Assembly: GCA_040954595.2 (NCBI GenBank)
Contig: CM082598.2
Span: forward strand, 5,409,097-5,473,096
Reading direction: 5' to 3'
DNA: 64,000 bases
Source of the DNA: Balanoglossus misakiensis
Lineage: Eukaryota > Animalia > Hemichordata
The translations under genes and the position numbers were made by a program. Each line of letters begins with the position of its first letter. Position 1 is the stretch's first letter. The notes under the pieces are model-generated. The model searched no databases and was not told the origin of the DNA. It was given only the letters and a program-made list of their open reading frames with translations. This document shows, piece by piece, positions 60,313 through 64,000 of this stretch.

Positions 60313-63300
60313 CTGGAACGAATATGAAAATGGATCAGATTTTCTTTCTTTTCTTTTCCATAACGTGACCCATTCAAGAAATTGGCATTTTGGCGATCTG
60401 ATTAAAATCAGATTTATGGTACGAAGACGTCTGTTACTTATGCGGTACGAAATTCTTATGCTGTCGCCTCACACTATATCATAAAAGCCAATGGTCTGAG
60501 CAGACAATTTTTAACAATGTGTATTTTATACCATTTGTTTCTAAACCAAATGTCTGATTTTGAGTTTCTTCCCTCAAAATGGAAAATTCTCCTACCTGGC
60601 GTTTTCCTTTTTCTGGATGTCTTTCCGTTCTTCATCCGTCATTTCCTTCATTTCCTCATTTCTATCCCTGCAAGAGGTCAAACTTTCTAGTTACACTGTG
60701 ATAGGGACAGAGCTGTAACTTTTGATGATAATTCAGTTTATCCGAATAAATGTTCATGGTTCAGTGGAAAATTCTTTTTTCACGTGTCCCCCATTGTCAC
60801 AGCACGTACACATTCTTGTGTACATAATCAAAAATACTCCGACAATTATGGGGGTCACACGCACACCATTAAGACGGTTCTGAAGCGTCTCAGATCAGAT
60901 ACCGTCTTAAAAATACACGTGGACGGTGTAAGTGGTCCTGAAACGTCTCAGATTTGAGACGGCTTTGCCGGCCAGACCTGAGCTGGTGTAAGGATTAACA
61001 CCTCTCCGCAACCCATTGTCTATGGGGCTGAGCCTCAGCGCCTATACATAAACTTTCTGTGTGTGGACACAAGGCTACTCAAAGGATTAATTCTCTGTGT
61101 TTACCATAGGCAAATATCGTCGCAAAAATGCTTCTGATTTTACCGTGGGAACCTGGTAAAAGTGGCTCGATTAAACAACTCTTATGTGGGGACAAACAAT
61201 AGAGTACACTGTACCTGTAATATATGACTTGTCCATCATCACAGATATACAATGGACAAACATTGAGTGTCGCCACCTGAGGATCCCATTCCAAATCTGT
61301 CTGGATATCCAACACAGACACTTCACAAGGGAATGTACCACGCCCCTTGGCAAACTCAATGTCTTCAATTGCCAAACCACTCAATGCAGAAATCTAGAAA
61401 TGATAGAAAACAACAAATATTAAGGTGTTTTTTCTACAGCATCATTTAAAGTGAAGGGGTCGTTGCGCCGAGATTGTGAAGGCAGTCCACTATTTGAATG
61501 CATCGAACGGAAAATTTGCTGGGAAGTTACGCGCATGCGCTTGAGACGATCTATTGCCTTTAAAGAGTATATATGTTACCTTTTTCTTCAGTTCTTCAAC
61601 TGAGGCATTGGACACTAAAGTGACTTCTTGGAATGGATCCAATTTCAACTCCGACGGTCGCCATCTCTTCACAAACAAAGACAAATCAGACATGGACTTC
61701 ATCTTGTCTGGCTCTGAAAATAAACAAATAAACAAATAAATAGCAATCAGACAATCAGCCTATATTGGCTGGGAGAGGGGCTGTGAGAGTCTATAACAAA
61801 GCCTTCAAAATCCTGACACTGCACAGATAGCCAATGTAGAACCATCAATGTCAACTCACCATCTAAGACCTGTACAAAGACTTCCCAATTCGGAAACACA
61901 GGAATATCATCTTCATATATCTGTTCATCTAGGAAGATGGTACCTGGATTTTTCCACGTCTTTTTTCGAAGACGAAACCTGTTCATAGGGCAAAAACACA
62001 TGTGCAGATTTAATTTGCATCCTTCAGGAGATACCTGATAAACACTGCCAAAGAATTTAAAATATCGAAAGCATGATAGCAGAACAGTTTGCCACACAAG
62101 TACCAGGATATAAAGGTCACATCAAGGTCATGAGAGTGGCCTATCAAAATGACACTTGGAGCAGTACGTTCAAGGAAGTCAGTTCCTGAAAACTTTTCTA
62201 AACGGCTGCCTGACAATGACATTGTCACTGTAAAAAAATTAATATGATTTATTGATTTATTTCAAGGAAGACCAACGGGAACAAGACCCACAGAGTCCAT
62301 ATGCAAACTGAATGCCAAATATGGCATCGCCACTGTCCGTGAGAGAAATATGTGTACACAAAATGGAGCTGACACATTTGAAGCCCAGCACATCAAAATG
62401 GCCCCTGTCAGCCATATTGGACCACATCACAAAACACAAACTAAACCTGCAAGCTCAGTTCATGTATATGTGAGCAATATTCAAATTTGGTGAATATGTA
62501 AAGAGGCTACGATAACAGAATATTCCAAATTGCCAAACATATCCTTGTGAGATCAATACCTATTCATAAAATTTGGTGAATAGTTTGACATGAATGAATG
62601 AGATATCTTCCCTTTTCTTTGAATATTTGTGAAAATTAGAGACATAATGGATATGCAGTTGTATCTTACCTCTCTAGTGGAACGGTCATATCATGTGTTT
62701 TATTTAGTTCCTCCAGTAATTCAAGCTTTGACTGCAACACACTCATTCCTTTGGCAAAAATCCATTCAAATAGAAACTTGCATGGCTGTAAGAGATATAA
62801 ATTCATCACAAAACTAGATTATTGTCAGAAATATGATGCAACCTGTTTCTCAAGGGACGTAGTGACAGCCCTCCTTTACAAATTCCATACAAGTCTTCAA
62901 ATTGGCTATTTCCACATTACCCAACAATGAAATCACTGACAACAACTTCCCACACAATGCCATAATAAAATGCAACGTTATTTCTGATTGACAACAAATG
63001 AAATGCAATGTACAGTCAAACCTATCTATAGTGGCCAGTCAAGGGACTTTCCTAAACTGGCCTTTATTGACAGGTGGTCTTTATAGGCAGGTCATTAATT
63101 CACATGTAAATTGCACAGGGACTGTAACAAATTGACCAAGTATATAGAGGTGGCCACATACACAGGTTTGAATGTGTCTGATATATTCCCACCACACCAT
63201 AACAAAACAAAACAAAACAAAACTAAACTAAACAAAACAAAAGAAAACAAAACAAAACAAAAACTTGCACCTAATTGGCCGCTTACCTCTGAATCATTAA

Positions 63301-63979
63301 TTAGCAGCTGATATATTTTCACCCTGTATTCACCTTTCTTCAAGGCTCTGCCAAGTCGCACAGATATTTTACTGTCATCTCCGAATGATGAGAGGTTTTC
63401 ATTCAGTCGTATACATTCAAACTCTTGGTTATTTGGATAGACTCTGTATACCTACAACAGACGGATATAGAATTTGTATCTTAACCCTTTCACTACCATG
63501 GTAAAATACAACGCCTATCACTTAAGCGGCTCAAAATACTGATAAGAACTCCAATATAATTAGCCAGAGTAAACAAAGACTTTATGAATGAGTTGGCATC
63601 TGGTTACATTTGCAATGATCATTATAACTGATTACATAGCTCTGTATCAACATGTCCTGTTGCCCCTTCTCAGTGTACACATGTGTTTTAGACATGTTTA
63701 AAGCAGGACACCCCTAGCCATTTACATTGGAGTTCTTATCAGTGTTTCGAGAGCCGCTTAAATGAAATCCCTTGTATAAGACAAAACACATAAGCTCGGG
63801 CAGTACTCTGTGTGACATGATGCAATGTTTTGGAAGAGTGCCCTCTTATATGAAAAAGGCATATGGTAGCTACCGCTTCACACTTACCTTGAAATTCTGT
63901 GATGTCGCACCAATGTAGGGTTCTAATGATTTTTTGATAGCACCTAGTGTTATTCTTTTGTCTACATTGGCCAGCAACA
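60204..63979 (-). CDS. USP47: Ubiquitin carboxyl-terminal hydrolase 47, last 8 coding exons (5'-partial)
   Basis: The spliced translation VDKRITL...[14 protein letters not shown]...[14 protein letters not shown]...[12 protein letters not shown]...LYICDDG...[11 protein letters not shown] matches the remembered human USP47 C-terminus; all phases are consistent. Confidence 0.96.
60596..60667 (-). CDS. USP47: USP47 penultimate coding exon
   Basis: cttgcag / gtagga, 72 nt; [15 protein letters not shown]. Confidence 0.93.
61215..61393 (-). CDS. USP47: USP47 exon ([12 protein letters not shown]...ICDDG)
   Basis: tttctag / gtacag, 179 nt. Confidence 0.95.
61580..61713 (-). CDS. USP47: USP47 exon (KMKSMS...[15 protein letters not shown])
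   Basis: ttttcag / gtaaca, 134 nt. Confidence 0.95.
61860..61978 (-). CDS. USP47: USP47 exon ([13 protein letters not shown])
   Basis: gaacag / gtgagt, 119 nt. Confidence 0.95.
62670..62785 (-). CDS. USP47: USP47 exon ([14 protein letters not shown])
   Basis: cttacag / gtaaga, 116 nt. Confidence 0.94.
63011..63175 (+). mobile_element. Family D, full length, in a USP47 intron
   Basis: TACAGTCAAACC...GGTTTGAATG. Confidence 0.85.
63201..63263. repeat. (AAAAC)n microsatellite
   Basis: Seen directly, in a USP47 intron. Confidence 0.9.
63287..63451 (-). CDS. USP47: USP47 exon ([12 protein letters not shown]...LLINDSE)
   Basis: gttgtag / gtaagc, 165 nt. Confidence 0.95.
63888..63979 (-). CDS. 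USP47: USP47 exon ([23 protein letters not shown])
   Basis: ctttcag / gtaagt, 92 nt. Confidence 0.94.
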
Positions 63980-64000
63980 CTGAAAGATATCACAAAAGAA

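Overview
AT-rich eukaryotic (animal) genomic DNA. The repeat types and gene structure suggest a marine invertebrate; this is inference only. Two spliced genes lie in tandem on the minus strand. (1) The last eight coding exons of USP47 (63979 to stop at 60204), recognised by close similarity to the remembered human C-terminus. (2) A large multi-exon gene (ATG at 42328, 25 phase-consistent GT-AG coding exons down to 4274, about 1600 aa, no stop found before the left edge). It encodes a long Ser/Thr-rich N-terminus, a KASH5/LRMP-type EF-hand pair, a long coiled coil and a candidate Spindly motif, and so looks like an IRAG/LRMP/KASH5-family nuclear-envelope dynein adaptor. Introns and intergenic DNA hold at least 12 families of short interspersed repeats, mostly non-autonomous DNA transposons (Kolobok-, piggyBac-, Tc1/mariner-, hAT- and Crypton-like), plus tandem repeats and a (CAT)n tract with an internal inversion. 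No transposase, tRNA, rRNA or CRISPR array was recognised. Main leads: USP47 linkage to an unduplicated IRAG1/IRAG2/KASH5 pro-ortholog, MITE clustering at exon edges, repeated insertion at one TTAA of another MITE, a hAT MITE carrying a SOX-OCT composite motif, and a duplicated decoy splice acceptor. All exon calls and family assignments were made by eye; no database searches were run.
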